Translations under genes and position numbers: made by a program
Shown: piece by piece, positions 41,942-52,558 of the stretch
Layout of the letters: the number at the start of each line of letters is the position of its first letter
Position numbering within the stretch: position 1 is the first letter of the stretch
Notes under the pieces: model-generated
Told to the model about the DNA's origin: nothing
Seen by the model: only the letters and a program-made list of their open reading frames with translations
Database searches by the model: none
Source of the DNA: a virus
Lineage: Duplodnaviria; Caudoviricetes
Direction: 5' to 3' (one strand)
Virus record (IMG/VR): IMGVR_UViG_3300027608_000010
Length of the DNA: 64,000 bases

Positions 41942-42741
41942 GTAAGGGTGTATTACTATTTGCATTCAATAATGGAACTACTGACTATTTTAAAATGGCA
42001 GTAGCCACTGCAAGCAGAGCATATCAATTCTTAAATCTACAAACTACAGTAGTAACAGACTCTAATACGATTGTAGAGAATTATTTTCATACTTTTGAGA
42101 ATGTGATAGTAGTTGACTCTGACAATAGTAATCGGGGTGTTGATAATCACATTTGGATCAACAAGGGCAGATATCAAGCATATGACCTATCTCCATATGA
42201 TGAGACACTATTATTAGATACTGACTATCTAATCAACAGTGATACCTTATTAAAACCATTTGAACTGTATGATGATTTTATGTGTCATAATACCACTGAG
42301 TTTTTAATGAAGTCTAAGGCTGAACAAGAGAAAATAAGTAAGTACTCCTTCAACACACTTTGGGCAACCGTGATTTATTTTAAGAAGACAAAGAAAACCA
42401 AACTAATATTTGATACTATGAAGATGGTTCAAGAAAACTATCAACATTATATTAATATATACAATCCTACAGTAGGATTCTTTCGCAACGATTTTGCATT
42501 GACTTTTGCATTACGCATAGTACATGGGCAGACGGAAGATATGAGAAATTACATCCCCTGGTCACTGACGCATGTTGATAAAGATGTTATGGTTGTACCA
42601 AACAAGCATCATACTTGTAATGAATCTTATACGTTATTATATGATAACCAGACCCGATATAAAGTTAAGAAAGAGTACATGATAGTAACAGATAAAGACT
42701 TTCATATGCTTAGTAAAGAAAACTTTATGGAGGTAGCATGA
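41938..42741 (+). CDS. Glycosyltransferase-like protein (GT-A fold, GT8-like)
   Basis: SPYDETLLLDTDYL DxD motif; LWATVIYFKK. Confidence 0.6.
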   Translation: MSKGVLLFAFNNGTTDYFKMAVATASRAYQFLNLQTTVVTDSNTIVENYFHTFENVIVVDSDNSNRGVDNHIWINKGRYQAYDLSPYDETLLLDTDYLINSDTLLKPFELYDDFMCHNTTEFLMKSKAEQEKISKYSFNTLWATVIYFKKTKKTKLIFDTMKMVQENYQHYINIYNPTVGFFRNDFALTFALRIVHGQTEDMRNYIPWSLTHVDKDVMVVPNKHHTCNESYTLLYDNQTRYKVKKEYMIVTDKDFHMLSKENFMEVA

Positions 42742-43502
42742 ATAGAGGATTTGTAATTATGGCACAGAACACAACGTCTGTTGACTATGTAAAATGTGCA
42801 GAACAGTTATCTAATAGTATTAACAAAGTCATGCCTGATGCTAATGTAACAATTATAACAGATAAGCTATTACCCTACGGTGATTTGGCAGTTGATAGTG
42901 ATTGGAAGTTAATCAATGATTGGCAAGTATACGAAGCTAGTCCATATGAATACACCATCAAACTAGAAGCAGATATGCTTATTCCACGAAACATAGACTA
43001 TTGGTGGGATATACTTAAAGAACATGATTTGATTGTCAGTGGTACTGTTAGAGATTACACCAACGGTATATCTAATATAAAATCATATAGGCAATTCATA
43101 ATCAACAACAATCTACCTGATGTGTATAATGCAATTACATATTTTAAGAAATCAGATAAGGCTGAGCAGTTCTACAAGATAGTACGAAATATTTTTGAAA
43201 ATTGGAATGAATTCAAATCTAACTTAACGTGTGAGACATCAGAGATTGCGACAACAGATTGGGCATATAGTATTGCTTGTCATATTATGGGTGTAGAAAA
43301 CACTACTTTACCCAATTTTAGTGAGTTTAGTTTTATACACATGAAACAATTCATAAATAATCTAATGATAGATGACTGGACCAAAGAGTTATTGTTTGAA
43401 TTTAACCCATCTCTTAAGGTAAATACTATCGTACAAGAATATCCATTTCACTATCACGTGAAATCGTTTAGTAATATTATTGGAGAACATTATGGAAAAT
43501 GA
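42738..43502 (+). CDS. Glycosyltransferase-like protein, paralog of the preceding gene
   Basis: SPYEYTIKLEADML, YNAITYFKK align with the preceding ORF (ExD in place of DxD). Confidence 0.55.
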   Translation: MNRGFVIMAQNTTSVDYVKCAEQLSNSINKVMPDANVTIITDKLLPYGDLAVDSDWKLINDWQVYEASPYEYTIKLEADMLIPRNIDYWWDILKEHDLIVSGTVRDYTNGISNIKSYRQFIINNNLPDVYNAITYFKKSDKAEQFYKIVRNIFENWNEFKSNLTCETSEIATTDWAYSIACHIMGVENTTLPNFSEFSFIHMKQFINNLMIDDWTKELLFEFNPSLKVNTIVQEYPFHYHVKSFSNIIGEHYGK

Positions 43503-43872
43503 AGAAGAATTATTTGATCTTGAAGAAATGCTTATCAACTTTTCAAAAGATATTGAACCTAAATTACCCGTTCCTTTTGAATTTAGGTTGTATTATCGTG
43601 AAGATGGTAGTATAATAACGTATTCATGTGAAGAACTTGAGGGTAATTATGTTGTTATTGACGCCGAAACATTTGCTAGTGGCAGAATTGATGTTAGAGT
43701 TGTTAATGGAGAGATAGAAATAATTACTCCTATATTTTCAATTGACAAATTAGTTGAAGCTACAGAAGGAACGGCTTGTGCAGTTGAAGATATTAACATC
43801 CCGGTTTCTAATGACCATGAAGGGGAAAGTACGAAATGGACAATGAAACACGATGAGTTCAAATTTAATTGA
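43480..43872 (+). CDS. Hypothetical acidic protein
   Basis: 130-aa ORF in operon register; FRLYYREDG. Confidence 0.55.
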   Translation: MENIMENEEELFDLEEMLINFSKDIEPKLPVPFEFRLYYREDGSIITYSCEELEGNYVVIDAETFASGRIDVRVVNGEIEIITPIFSIDKLVEATEGTACAVEDINIPVSNDHEGESTKWTMKHDEFKFN

Positions 43873-44800
43873 TGTAGCAGATTTAGATTGCATTTACCTA
43901 AGCTATGATGAACCACAAAAAGAAGAATTCTGGTTAAAAATTAAAAACATGGTGCCTTGGGCACGTAGAGTAGACGGTGTCAAGGGCAGTGACGCCGCTC
44001 ATAAAGCCGCCGCGGAAGCAAGTGATACTGAACGTTTCATATTGATTGACGGTGACAACATGCCCAACATGGAGTTCTTTAACTTAGAGTTAGACTTCAC
44101 TGACAAGCACGAAGATTACAAAAAAGCACAATATCGTTGGAGAGCAGTTAATGCTATCAACGGATTGCGCTACGGCAATGGCGGTATGAGTTCATGGACA
44201 AAAGAATATGTGATGAACATGCGTACACATGAAGCAAGTGATGGCAATGATACACATACGATTGACTTTTGTTTAGATTACAGCAACAGTTTATATTGGA
44301 GTATGTACGATTGCTACTCAACAACACACCCTAACTATACACCTTTTCAAGCATGGCGTGCTGGATTTCGTGAAGGCGTTAAGATGTGTCTAGTCAATGG
44401 TAAAAAGCCAGACATTGATGATTTTACACGTAATGTACCTGGACGTAACTTTAACAACTTAACTATATGGCATAATGTTGGATTAGATGTAGAGAACGGT
44501 GATTGGGCAATATATGGTGCAAGATACGGCACCTATATGACAATGTTAGAACATTGGAATTCAAAAGATGTTCAATGGTTTGATAATCTTAGTAAACTAT
44601 GGGAACATATAAAAGATGTAAATCCTAGACAAAATGCTGAGAGCATTGGTGAACATTTAAGAGATAAACTAGGACTACCAATATGTACAATGAGTGCTGA
44701 ACAAAGCAAATTCTTTAAGCGTCATTATAATAGTGACAAACACAACCTAGGTCCTCTAGTACGTGAGATAGATGTAATACGAAAAATAGAAGGTTGGTAA
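43853..44800 (+). CDS. Putative glycosyltransferase (GT-A-like, DGD motif)
   Basis: LSYDEP, RVDGVKGSDAAHKAAA, FILIDGDN, AWRAGFREGVKM. Confidence 0.5.
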   Translation: MSSNLIDVADLDCIYLSYDEPQKEEFWLKIKNMVPWARRVDGVKGSDAAHKAAAEASDTERFILIDGDNMPNMEFFNLELDFTDKHEDYKKAQYRWRAVNAINGLRYGNGGMSSWTKEYVMNMRTHEASDGNDTHTIDFCLDYSNSLYWSMYDCYSTTHPNYTPFQAWRAGFREGVKMCLVNGKKPDIDDFTRNVPGRNFNNLTIWHNVGLDVENGDWAIYGARYGTYMTMLEHWNSKDVQWFDNLSKLWEHIKDVNPRQNAESIGEHLRDKLGLPICTMSAEQSKFFKRHYNSDKHNLGPLVREIDVIRKIEGW

Positions 44801-44803
44801 ACA

Positions 44804-46216
44804 ATGTCAGATTTTAATAATCATATCAAGATAGTAAAAGAGAAACTAGATACAGTTAGTCCTAGTTTTTGTGTGGCTAAATGGAAACAAGTTACAATGC
44901 ACTTACAGAACGGACATACACATAGTTGTCATCATCCGTCAACACACTTAGTACCGTTAGATGAAATTGCTTCAAACCCCACAGCACTACACAATACTAA
45001 TTATAAAAAATTACAAAGAAAATTGATGATAGAGGGTGAAAGACCCAGTGAATGTGATTATTGTTGGAAAGTAGAAGATCAAACCACTGATAGTTATAGT
45101 GACAGGGTTTATAAAAGTTCAGATCAATGGGCATTACCTTATGTAGATGATATTGTTAGCAAGCCTTGGGATGATAATGTAGATCCTAGTTATGTTGAAG
45201 TTAGTTTTGGTAATACATGTAATTTTAAATGTAGTTACTGTGCCCCTCATATTAGTAGTCAATGGATGGAAGAAATTGAAAGATATGGTCCATATCCTAC
45301 TAGCGGTAAATTCAATAATTTAGAATGGATCAAATTACAACAGATGATGCCTATTCCAAATAGAGATGAAAATCCCTATGTTGAAGCATTTTGGAAATGG
45401 TGGCCTACTATGTATAAGAGTTTGCAACATTTTAGAATCACCGGTGGCGAACCCTTATTAAACAAAAACACTTTCAAAGTTTTAGACTATGTTATTGACA
45501 ATCCAAATGCAAATTTAGAATTATCAATTAATACAAATCTAAATCCTCCGGATGATATATTTGATAGATTTATTGAAAAACTTAATATCATTATCAGTGA
45601 AAAGAAATTAAAAGAATTGAAGCTATTTACTAGTGCTGAAGCACATGGTAAGCAAGCTGAATATATTCGTTTTGGTATGAATTATGATACTTGGTTAACT
45701 AATTTACATAGATTATACAAAGAAGTCCCGGGTATACAAATTACTATTATGAGTACATACAATATATTGAGTATCCCAAGTTATGGTAAGTTTCTAAATG
45801 ATATATTAGAAATTAAACGAACTTACGGTGAAGTAGTTAACAAGCGTAAGAATCCCAATCCAATGATATTAGATATACCTTACTTACGATATCCAGAACA
45901 TCAATCAATATTTTTGATGGAAGCGTCAATGGTTGATATGATTTTTGACCAAGTAACTTTCATGTATAGAAATTTGCAAAATAAAGATTGGATGGGAACA
46001 TCTAATGATGGATTCTATGAGCATGAAGCGGAAAAATTAAAACGTATATATGAGATGGGTCTACACTCAGTCACTAATAAAAATGAATATGTAGATAACA
46101 ATCGTAAAGACTTTATTAAATTTGTTGATGAGCATGATTTGCGCCGCGGAACAAATTTCTTAGAAACTTTCCCTGAAATGAAAAACTTTTATAATAATTG
46201 TAAAAACCTATTATGA
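44804..46216 (+). CDS. Radical SAM protein with N-terminal auxiliary Cys cluster
   Basis: CNFKCSYC (CxxxCxxC), ITGGEP; additional CVAKW, SCHH and CDYCW. Confidence 0.9.
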   Translation: MSDFNNHIKIVKEKLDTVSPSFCVAKWKQVTMHLQNGHTHSCHHPSTHLVPLDEIASNPTALHNTNYKKLQRKLMIEGERPSECDYCWKVEDQTTDSYSDRVYKSSDQWALPYVDDIVSKPWDDNVDPSYVEVSFGNTCNFKCSYCAPHISSQWMEEIERYGPYPTSGKFNNLEWIKLQQMMPIPNRDENPYVEAFWKWWPTMYKSLQHFRITGGEPLLNKNTFKVLDYVIDNPNANLELSINTNLNPPDDIFDRFIEKLNIIISEKKLKELKLFTSAEAHGKQAEYIRFGMNYDTWLTNLHRLYKEVPGIQITIMSTYNILSIPSYGKFLNDILEIKRTYGEVVNKRKNPNPMILDIPYLRYPEHQSIFLMEASMVDMIFDQVTFMYRNLQNKDWMGTSNDGFYEHEAEKLKRIYEMGLHSVTNKNEYVDNNRKDFIKFVDEHDLRRGTNFLETFPEMKNFYNNCKNLL

Positions 46217-46644
46217 AATTTATAGCGCATCGCGGGAATTTATTAGGTCCTGATATTGAACATGAAAATACTACTAATTATATACAACATGCAATTAACA
46301 AAGGATATGATGTAGAAGTAGATGTATGGTATATAGATGGTAAACTTCTATTAGGGCATAATGCCCCCATGCATGATACTAATTTATCTTTTTTGCAACG
46401 CCCTGCAATATGGGCACATGCTAAAAATTTACCAGCGTTAGAGTACTTACTAAATAACAATGTTCATTGTTTTTGGCATGAAAATGATGAACGGACGTTG
46501 ACTAGTCAACACTATATTTGGACATACCCTGATAAAGAAATAGTAGAAAATAGTGTTTTAGTCGTGTTAACCAAACATTTAAATTTAATAGATAATAATA
46601 TTTACGCAGTATGTGGGGATTACGTTGAAATTTGGAAATCCTAA
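46213..46644 (+). CDS. Glycerophosphodiester phosphodiesterase-like (short GDPD)
   Basis: IAHRGN...EN, DVEVDVW, LGHN, WAHAKN. Confidence 0.75.
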   Translation: MKFIAHRGNLLGPDIEHENTTNYIQHAINKGYDVEVDVWYIDGKLLLGHNAPMHDTNLSFLQRPAIWAHAKNLPALEYLLNNNVHCFWHENDERTLTSQHYIWTYPDKEIVENSVLVVLTKHLNLIDNNIYAVCGDYVEIWKS

Positions 46645-47380
46645 GATTGCACTATGTTTTAGTGGTCAACCAAGAACCTGGCGAAAATGCTTAGAGTCTT
46701 GGAAATTGCACAATGTATTTACCGATAATGTAGATGTATTTTGTCATATTTGGGATTTTAATACAGTGCCAAACTGCGTTGCTGTTGGTAAAGATATAAA
46801 AAATCAGATATTACCTCAGGACGAAATTAATGAGTTACTTGCAATACTTAAGCCAAAAAAATATTTGATAGAACCAGTGAGAACTTTTACACCTATCAAA
46901 GAATCTCAACCTATTACTTTTTCTAATTTCTTAAGCCAATTTTATGGCATTATGGCAAGTGCTAGATTAAAACGAGAATATGAAATTGAAAATATGATGC
47001 AATATGATATTGTTATCCGAATGAGGTATGATGCTTTTTTTACTGATTCAATTTTCCCTAATCAACAAGTTCATCTACCGCAAGATAACACAATGTATTG
47101 CCATCATCTGGCATGGAATCATCTTTTAAATCGAGGTAGAATTGGTGATATATTTTGGTATGCTGACTCACAAACCTATGATATTATTGGTGATTATTAT
47201 TTAAATTTAAATTCAGTAGAACTAAAATTTGTTAAAGATTTCAATGAACATGAAATATTTTTTCATTATATTAAAAAAAATAATATTCAATTGAATATTA
47301 ATAATTGGGATATTAAATTGTTTCGTGAATCGTCAGAACTAGCTTTTTCTAAGGACAAAAATGGATTTGAGACCTGGTAA
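46613..47380 (+). CDS. Putative glycosyltransferase-like protein (start uncertain)
   Basis: KIALCFSGQPR, DVFCHIW, YDIVIRMRYD. Confidence 0.55.
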   Translation: MGITLKFGNPKIALCFSGQPRTWRKCLESWKLHNVFTDNVDVFCHIWDFNTVPNCVAVGKDIKNQILPQDEINELLAILKPKKYLIEPVRTFTPIKESQPITFSNFLSQFYGIMASARLKREYEIENMMQYDIVIRMRYDAFFTDSIFPNQQVHLPQDNTMYCHHLAWNHLLNRGRIGDIFWYADSQTYDIIGDYYLNLNSVELKFVKDFNEHEIFFHYIKKNNIQLNINNWDIKLFRESSELAFSKDKNGFETW

Positions 47381-48098
47381 AATTGCAATCTGTATTAGCG
47401 GGATGCTTAGGACAGGTATCAAAGCATATCCCTGTTTTAAACATTTTTTCAAAGATTTAAATGCAGATGTGTTCTTCCATACATGGGGTTTAGATAACGA
47501 GACATTAGATACTGTCAATAACTTATACGAACCAATAGGCTATATAAATCAACAACCATTCGAAACCATTTCAATGGGATCATTTGGTAATATGTTTTAC
47601 AGTATTATGATGGCTAATGAATTGAAAAAGAAATACGAAATAAAAAATAATTTTCGATATGATTTAGTTATAAAAACTAGGTTTGACTTAATTTTTCCTG
47701 ACACCAATATATTTGCTAATAACAAAATTAGCCCTAGAACCATTTATAGTTCAGGGGGAGATAATGGAATCAATCATACTGATTATGAACATCACGGGAT
47801 TGCTGATTTGATTTTTTGGGGTGATAGTGAATCTATGGATATTGCCACTAACACTTTTATGTATTATAAGCACACAGCATTGCCAAAGAATCAACTGTTG
47901 ATTTCAGGCATTCAATTTGATCCTAAAGCTATATTTTTAAGTCCAGGCAATCTGATTTATAATACATGTATCAACCAAAATATACACTTAGTTAAATTTG
48001 CATCATGGTTAGGGGAAGTACCTTGGCGCGATGACGTAGACCATTTAGATCCCTTTAGGGATTATGCTTTAATAAGAGAAAGATACCGGCAAATATGA
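47361..48098 (+). CDS. Putative glycosyltransferase-like protein, paralog of the preceding gene
   Basis: KIAICISGMLR, DVFFHTW, YDLVIKTRFD. Confidence 0.55.
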   Translation: MDLRPGKIAICISGMLRTGIKAYPCFKHFFKDLNADVFFHTWGLDNETLDTVNNLYEPIGYINQQPFETISMGSFGNMFYSIMMANELKKKYEIKNNFRYDLVIKTRFDLIFPDTNIFANNKISPRTIYSSGGDNGINHTDYEHHGIADLIFWGDSESMDIATNTFMYYKHTALPKNQLLISGIQFDPKAIFLSPGNLIYNTCINQNIHLVKFASWLGEVPWRDDVDHLDPFRDYALIRERYRQI

Positions 48099-48895
48099 GA
48101 AAAATAGTAGTAGTAGGAGACAGCTGGACATATGGTAGCGAGATTAAAGATCCAGCGTTACCCAACACAATCAATGATTGGGATGCAGAAAATGATTCAT
48201 ACAGAATTCCTAAAATTTGGCCAACTAAGTTGGGAAACTTATTGGGGACTTCCGATGTAATTAATCTAAGTTATCCTGCAGCCAGTAATGACCGTAGTGT
48301 TAGACTTTTAGTTGGGTGGTTGACACAAGAATATCTAAGTAAAAACAAACCTACCGATGAATTGTTTGTTGTAGTAGGATTAACTAGTCCAGAAAGAAAA
48401 GATTTTTTCTATATAGATGAAAAGATAAGTAATTGGATTACTATATGGCCAATGTGGACACATGATTATATGCAAGAACCACTGCGTAGATTTGGACGAC
48501 TGTATGCCGAACATTTTTGGAATATAGAAGAATCAACACATAGATATCTGCAACAAATTTTCTATTTACAAACATTATTCAAACATTATAACATTAAATT
48601 CTTATTCTTTCAAGCATTTTATCAAAGACAAGACTTGCATATTAAACAATGGACAGATGATCCCTATTCCAGACACTACCAAAGTCAGCCTGACAAAATG
48701 ATATGGGATCTAATTGATGATAAAACGTTTATGCATAAGAACGATAAGATACATAGTTTTCATAACTATATTATAAAGAATGATCCTGACCCTGAAAAGA
48801 AATCAGTAATCCTAAATATGCATCCTAGTGAACTGGGACATACGATGTGGGCAGAGCATATGACAGACTATCTTAAGGAGAATAATTTATGGTAA
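48095..48895 (+). CDS. SGNH/GDSL hydrolase-like protein
   Basis: GDSWTYG, SN, HPSELGH. Confidence 0.75.
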   Translation: MRKIVVVGDSWTYGSEIKDPALPNTINDWDAENDSYRIPKIWPTKLGNLLGTSDVINLSYPAASNDRSVRLLVGWLTQEYLSKNKPTDELFVVVGLTSPERKDFFYIDEKISNWITIWPMWTHDYMQEPLRRFGRLYAEHFWNIEESTHRYLQQIFYLQTLFKHYNIKFLFFQAFYQRQDLHIKQWTDDPYSRHYQSQPDKMIWDLIDDKTFMHKNDKIHSFHNYIIKNDPDPEKKSVILNMHPSELGHTMWAEHMTDYLKENNLW

Positions 48896-49668
48896 CACAC
48901 ATTGCAACATGCGGTGATAGTTTTGGTGTAGGTACTGGATTACCTCAGGATAGATGTTTTGAAGATAGTTTTGGGGGAATTATTGCTAGTCATTTCAATC
49001 TACCTCAGAAAGTATATGCTCGGGCAGGTTGCTGTAATTTTGTCATTTATCTTCAAATTAAAAAGATAATAGAACAAATCGAAAAAGATGAAACGTATAA
49101 ACCTTTCGTATTGGTTACTACTACTTACCACGAAAGATTAATCTTTCCGTTAGATAACGGCACAATATATAAAAATCCAAACTTATCAGATGTTGAATAT
49201 AAATCATATAACCCCTATCATGATACAACACATGCTAAGGGCAGAGAATTGGCTTTTGAATCAAAAAAGAATACAAGATTAGTAGCTGAAACTATTTCAA
49301 ACATAAAACATTTTCAAGATGGAAAAGCCGATGGAATAGCAAGATTATTTGCAAAAGTAGATAAATCAAAACTTGAAGCAATCAAATCATACTATACGGA
49401 TATATTTGACACCGGTATTAAAAGTGAATATGACCAAGCATTAATTATTACAATGAGTTTTTTATTGAAAAAATTTAACATCCCCCATGTTATTATGGGT
49501 TATCCGTCATTAGAACTTACATATCTTGAAAATTTTATGCCAAATGATTGGGGATATTATACTAGATTATATCCAGACACTATGGGCAGTTCACATTGCA
49601 ATGAAGAAGGAAACAGGCTCGTAGGTGAAAATGTTATTAACTTTATTAAAGAACATCACTTGATATGA
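48889..49668 (+). CDS. SGNH hydrolase-like protein
   Basis: GDSFGVG, CCN, HCNEEGN. Confidence 0.65.
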   Translation: MVTHIATCGDSFGVGTGLPQDRCFEDSFGGIIASHFNLPQKVYARAGCCNFVIYLQIKKIIEQIEKDETYKPFVLVTTTYHERLIFPLDNGTIYKNPNLSDVEYKSYNPYHDTTHAKGRELAFESKKNTRLVAETISNIKHFQDGKADGIARLFAKVDKSKLEAIKSYYTDIFDTGIKSEYDQALIITMSFLLKKFNIPHVIMGYPSLELTYLENFMPNDWGYYTRLYPDTMGSSHCNEEGNRLVGENVINFIKEHHLI

Positions 49669-50384
49669 ATATATTGTTTGGATTATGTGGCGCGGGTAAA
49701 CGTTTTCGTGATGTAGGGTACACCATACCTAAATACATCATTGATGTTAATGGATCTCCCATGATTGAACATGCAGTAAAGACTTTAAAAATTTTGGGCG
49801 ATGTATTTTTTATTGTATTGAAAGAACACATGGATCAATACCCGCAAATTAAAGATATATTGTCACCTATGGGTACTATCATAGTTAGCGAATTTACTAC
49901 TCAAGGTGCCGCGCAAACATTGTTACTAGCCAAAGATTATATTGATTTAACTAAGCCCTTGATATCAGCTAACGGAGATCAATATTTAGATTGGGACTCT
50001 AGTTGCTTTAATTCAATGCTATGCGATTATCCTAATACTTCATATATTTTAACATACAAGGAAAATGATACTAAGTGCAGTTATATTAAAAAAAATGAAA
50101 AAGGTGATATTATTGAAGTTAGAGAGAAACAAGTTATAAGCAATGACGCAACTGTAGGAGTGTATCATTGGGCCAGTGCATCTGATTTTTTTAAGGACGC
50201 AGAAACAATGATTGCAGCAGATTATAGAGAGAACGGGGAGTATTATGTTGCGCCAGTATACAATTATTCAATAAAGCGTGGCTTGCAAGTTAAAAATTAC
50301 GAATTGTCTGATAAAGAATTTTGGCCGATAGGTACACCAAATGATTTGGAAAACTTTTTAAAAGTGATACAGCCCAATGATTAA
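49665..50384 (+). CDS. Sugar-phosphate nucleotidyltransferase
   Basis: GAGKRF...PKYIIDVNG, TTQGAAQT, NGDQY, EVREKQVIS, ENGEYYVAPVYN, IGTPNDL. Confidence 0.85.
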   Translation: MNILFGLCGAGKRFRDVGYTIPKYIIDVNGSPMIEHAVKTLKILGDVFFIVLKEHMDQYPQIKDILSPMGTIIVSEFTTQGAAQTLLLAKDYIDLTKPLISANGDQYLDWDSSCFNSMLCDYPNTSYILTYKENDTKCSYIKKNEKGDIIEVREKQVISNDATVGVYHWASASDFFKDAETMIAADYRENGEYYVAPVYNYSIKRGLQVKNYELSDKEFWPIGTPNDLENFLKVIQPND

Positions 50385-51114
50385 AAATATATTAATAGTT
50401 ACTTGGAATCAAGATTGGCATCAATGTTCTAATATGTTAATTCCTTCTATATCTAAATTTATCCCCGGAGCTAATATTAAAATAGTTGATACTACATTTC
50501 ATACACCCTCACCTATAATCGCCCCTAGCTTTAGTAATATAACATACGAAGTATTACCTGCAATACAATTATTAGAAACACTAGAACCTTGGAAAGGCGA
50601 CAATCATAATGAAGGTTGGATGTACCAACAGATGTGTAAATTAGCAGGATACAAATTATTTGATAGTGAATTTGTAGTATTAGATTCTGAATTAGTAATA
50701 CTTAGAAAATTTGATAAATGGCCTACATATTGTAGGCTAACAGCCAGTAATACTCATTTTAATAAATTTATAGAATATGCTAGTGCTAGATTGAATATTG
50801 ATTGCGAAGGTCATTGTTTTTTAGAACCGTGTGTTCCGTATATATTAGATCCTAAGATTTTAAAAGAAATAGTTTCAACATTTGGGTCATTTGCAGAATT
50901 ATATAAATGGTTTATCACACATTCGGAGCCTAGTGAATTTATACTTTACGATTTATTTAAATATAGAAAAGACTTGCAACAAGACACTAATAACCAAAAT
51001 ATATATGAAAGCCCGGCAATACAATTTATAATAGACAATAAACCGTATGTTTTGGATAGTAGATACGATTTTGCTTTGATTAACCGTAATGCCTATATGA
51101 ATTTTGGAAAATAG
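50377..51114 (+). CDS. Hypothetical protein, possible glycosyltransferase-like
   Basis: GWMYQQMCKL, VLDSE, SEFILY. Confidence 0.45.
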   Translation: MIKNILIVTWNQDWHQCSNMLIPSISKFIPGANIKIVDTTFHTPSPIIAPSFSNITYEVLPAIQLLETLEPWKGDNHNEGWMYQQMCKLAGYKLFDSEFVVLDSELVILRKFDKWPTYCRLTASNTHFNKFIEYASARLNIDCEGHCFLEPCVPYILDPKILKEIVSTFGSFAELYKWFITHSEPSEFILYDLFKYRKDLQQDTNNQNIYESPAIQFIIDNKPYVLDSRYDFALINRNAYMNFGK

Positions 51115-51116
51115 AT

Positions 51117-51443
51117 ATGAAAATAGCACACATAGAACAATTCACAAAGGGTTGGTTTGTTGGTAACTTTGATCCTAGCTTGTTGAAAGCTGATTTTGAA
51201 GTAGGACTACATCAACACAAAGCCGGAGAATTCCACCAAGATCATTTTCATAAATTAGGTACAGAGATTAATGTTATGATAGAAGGTCACTTACTATTAA
51301 ACGGAAATGAGTTCGGCCCGGGTGAAATTTTTGTATTAGAGCCATACGAAATTAGTCAAGTAGAGTATCTAACAGATGTTAAATTAATCGTAGTTAGAGA
51401 TATTAGCGATCCTAATGACAAATATGAAGTAGAGATAAAATGA
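51117..51443 (+). CDS. Cupin-fold protein (possible sugar epimerase/isomerase)
   Basis: KGWFVGNF, HFH..GTEINVMIEG cupin motif. Confidence 0.75.
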   Translation: MKIAHIEQFTKGWFVGNFDPSLLKADFEVGLHQHKAGEFHQDHFHKLGTEINVMIEGHLLLNGNEFGPGEIFVLEPYEISQVEYLTDVKLIVVRDISDPNDKYEVEIK

Positions 51444-52558
51444 ACATTTATATCAATGAGATACCCACAGACCATATCAAAGTAACATATCAGGTTACCT
51501 CTACTAAAAATCTATCTATTGCGGCAGAGGCAATTGCTATAGGACAGAGTATCGGCAACCCATCTGTACGAAATGAGTTTGAATCACCTGAATTAGTTAG
51601 TAATCATTCTGCTAAAATATTAGGAGATAAAAATGAATTGTCTAAAATAACTGATGGTGAAATAATTATTGGTTATCCGTTAGTAAATATTAATTGGGAT
51701 GAAGATGGTGTATCACAACTACTTTGTATGATTCAAGGTGGACAGCTTGACATAGACCATATAGTTAAGTGTAGAGTAACTGACATTGATATAACTAATT
51801 TGCCTATGCTTAAGCCAAAGTTTGGTCTTTCAGGTATAAGAGAACTAACTAAAACATATGATCGACCTTTATTAGGATGTATATTAAAACCTAAGACAGG
51901 ACTACGCCCTAAAGAGCTATCATTATTAGTTAAGGAAATGATTGCTGGCGGGGCTAACATTATTAAAGAAGATGAAATTTTAGGATCACCCTCATACTGC
52001 AATTTAGAATCACGCTTACCCTACATTAGAGATATTATACAAGATAAGAATGTAGTTTATCTTACTTGCATTAACAGCAATCCAGACAAACTTATAGAAA
52101 AGTCTAGTACTGTTAGGATGCTAGGAGTTAATGGTATACATATTAATATCTGGAGTGGTTTAGGTAGTTATGCCGCTGTTCGAAATAAAAATTATCCACT
52201 AGTCATGCATTACCAAAAGAGTGGTGATAAGATTTTAACCAATATACATAATCCATATGGTATCGATTGGATAGTTCTATGCAAGTTAGCAATCATTAGT
52301 GGTATCGATACTATACATGCCGGAATGTGGGGCGGATACTTAAGTGATGATCCTGTATACCTTAAAAATATTATGGACACATTAACTAGTCACAATGTAG
52401 TCCCTGCATTGAGTTGTGGAATGAATGCAACATTAATACCACAAGTTACCGCTAAGTTTGGTGTTGATTACTTAGCGAATGTAGGCGGGGCGTGTCATAC
52501 ACATCCTGATGGAATTAAGGCTGCTGTACGGGAATTACGAAATGCCATCGACAGATAA
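51440..52558 (+). CDS. RuBisCO-like protein (form IV RLP)
   Basis: LGCILKPKTGL, IIKEDE (carbamylated Lys motif), MHYQ, DTIHAG, PALSCG, GGACHTHPDG; lacks the RuBisCO E60, N123 and K334 equivalents. Confidence 0.9.
   Translation: MNIYINEIPTDHIKVTYQVTSTKNLSIAAEAIAIGQSIGNPSVRNEFESPELVSNHSAKILGDKNELSKITDGEIIIGYPLVNINWDEDGVSQLLCMIQGGQLDIDHIVKCRVTDIDITNLPMLKPKFGLSGIRELTKTYDRPLLGCILKPKTGLRPKELSLLVKEMIAGGANIIKEDEILGSPSYCNLESRLPYIRDIIQDKNVVYLTCINSNPDKLIEKSSTVRMLGVNGIHINIWSGLGSYAAVRNKNYPLVMHYQKSGDKILTNIHNPYGIDWIVLCKLAIISGIDTIHAGMWGGYLSDDPVYLKNIMDTLTSHNVVPALSCGMNATLIPQVTAKFGVDYLANVGGACHTHPDGIKAAVRELRNAIDR

Noticed and set aside
44804-46216. PqqE partner for pqqA
   Set aside because: 15 kb away, inside the glycan operon, with auxiliary Cys at the N-terminus rather than a PqqE-like C-terminal SPASM domain; no pqqB/C/D seen.
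51440-52558. True RuBisCO / phage carbon fixation
   Set aside because: E60, N123 and K334 equivalents are missing; no small subunit or phosphoribulokinase.
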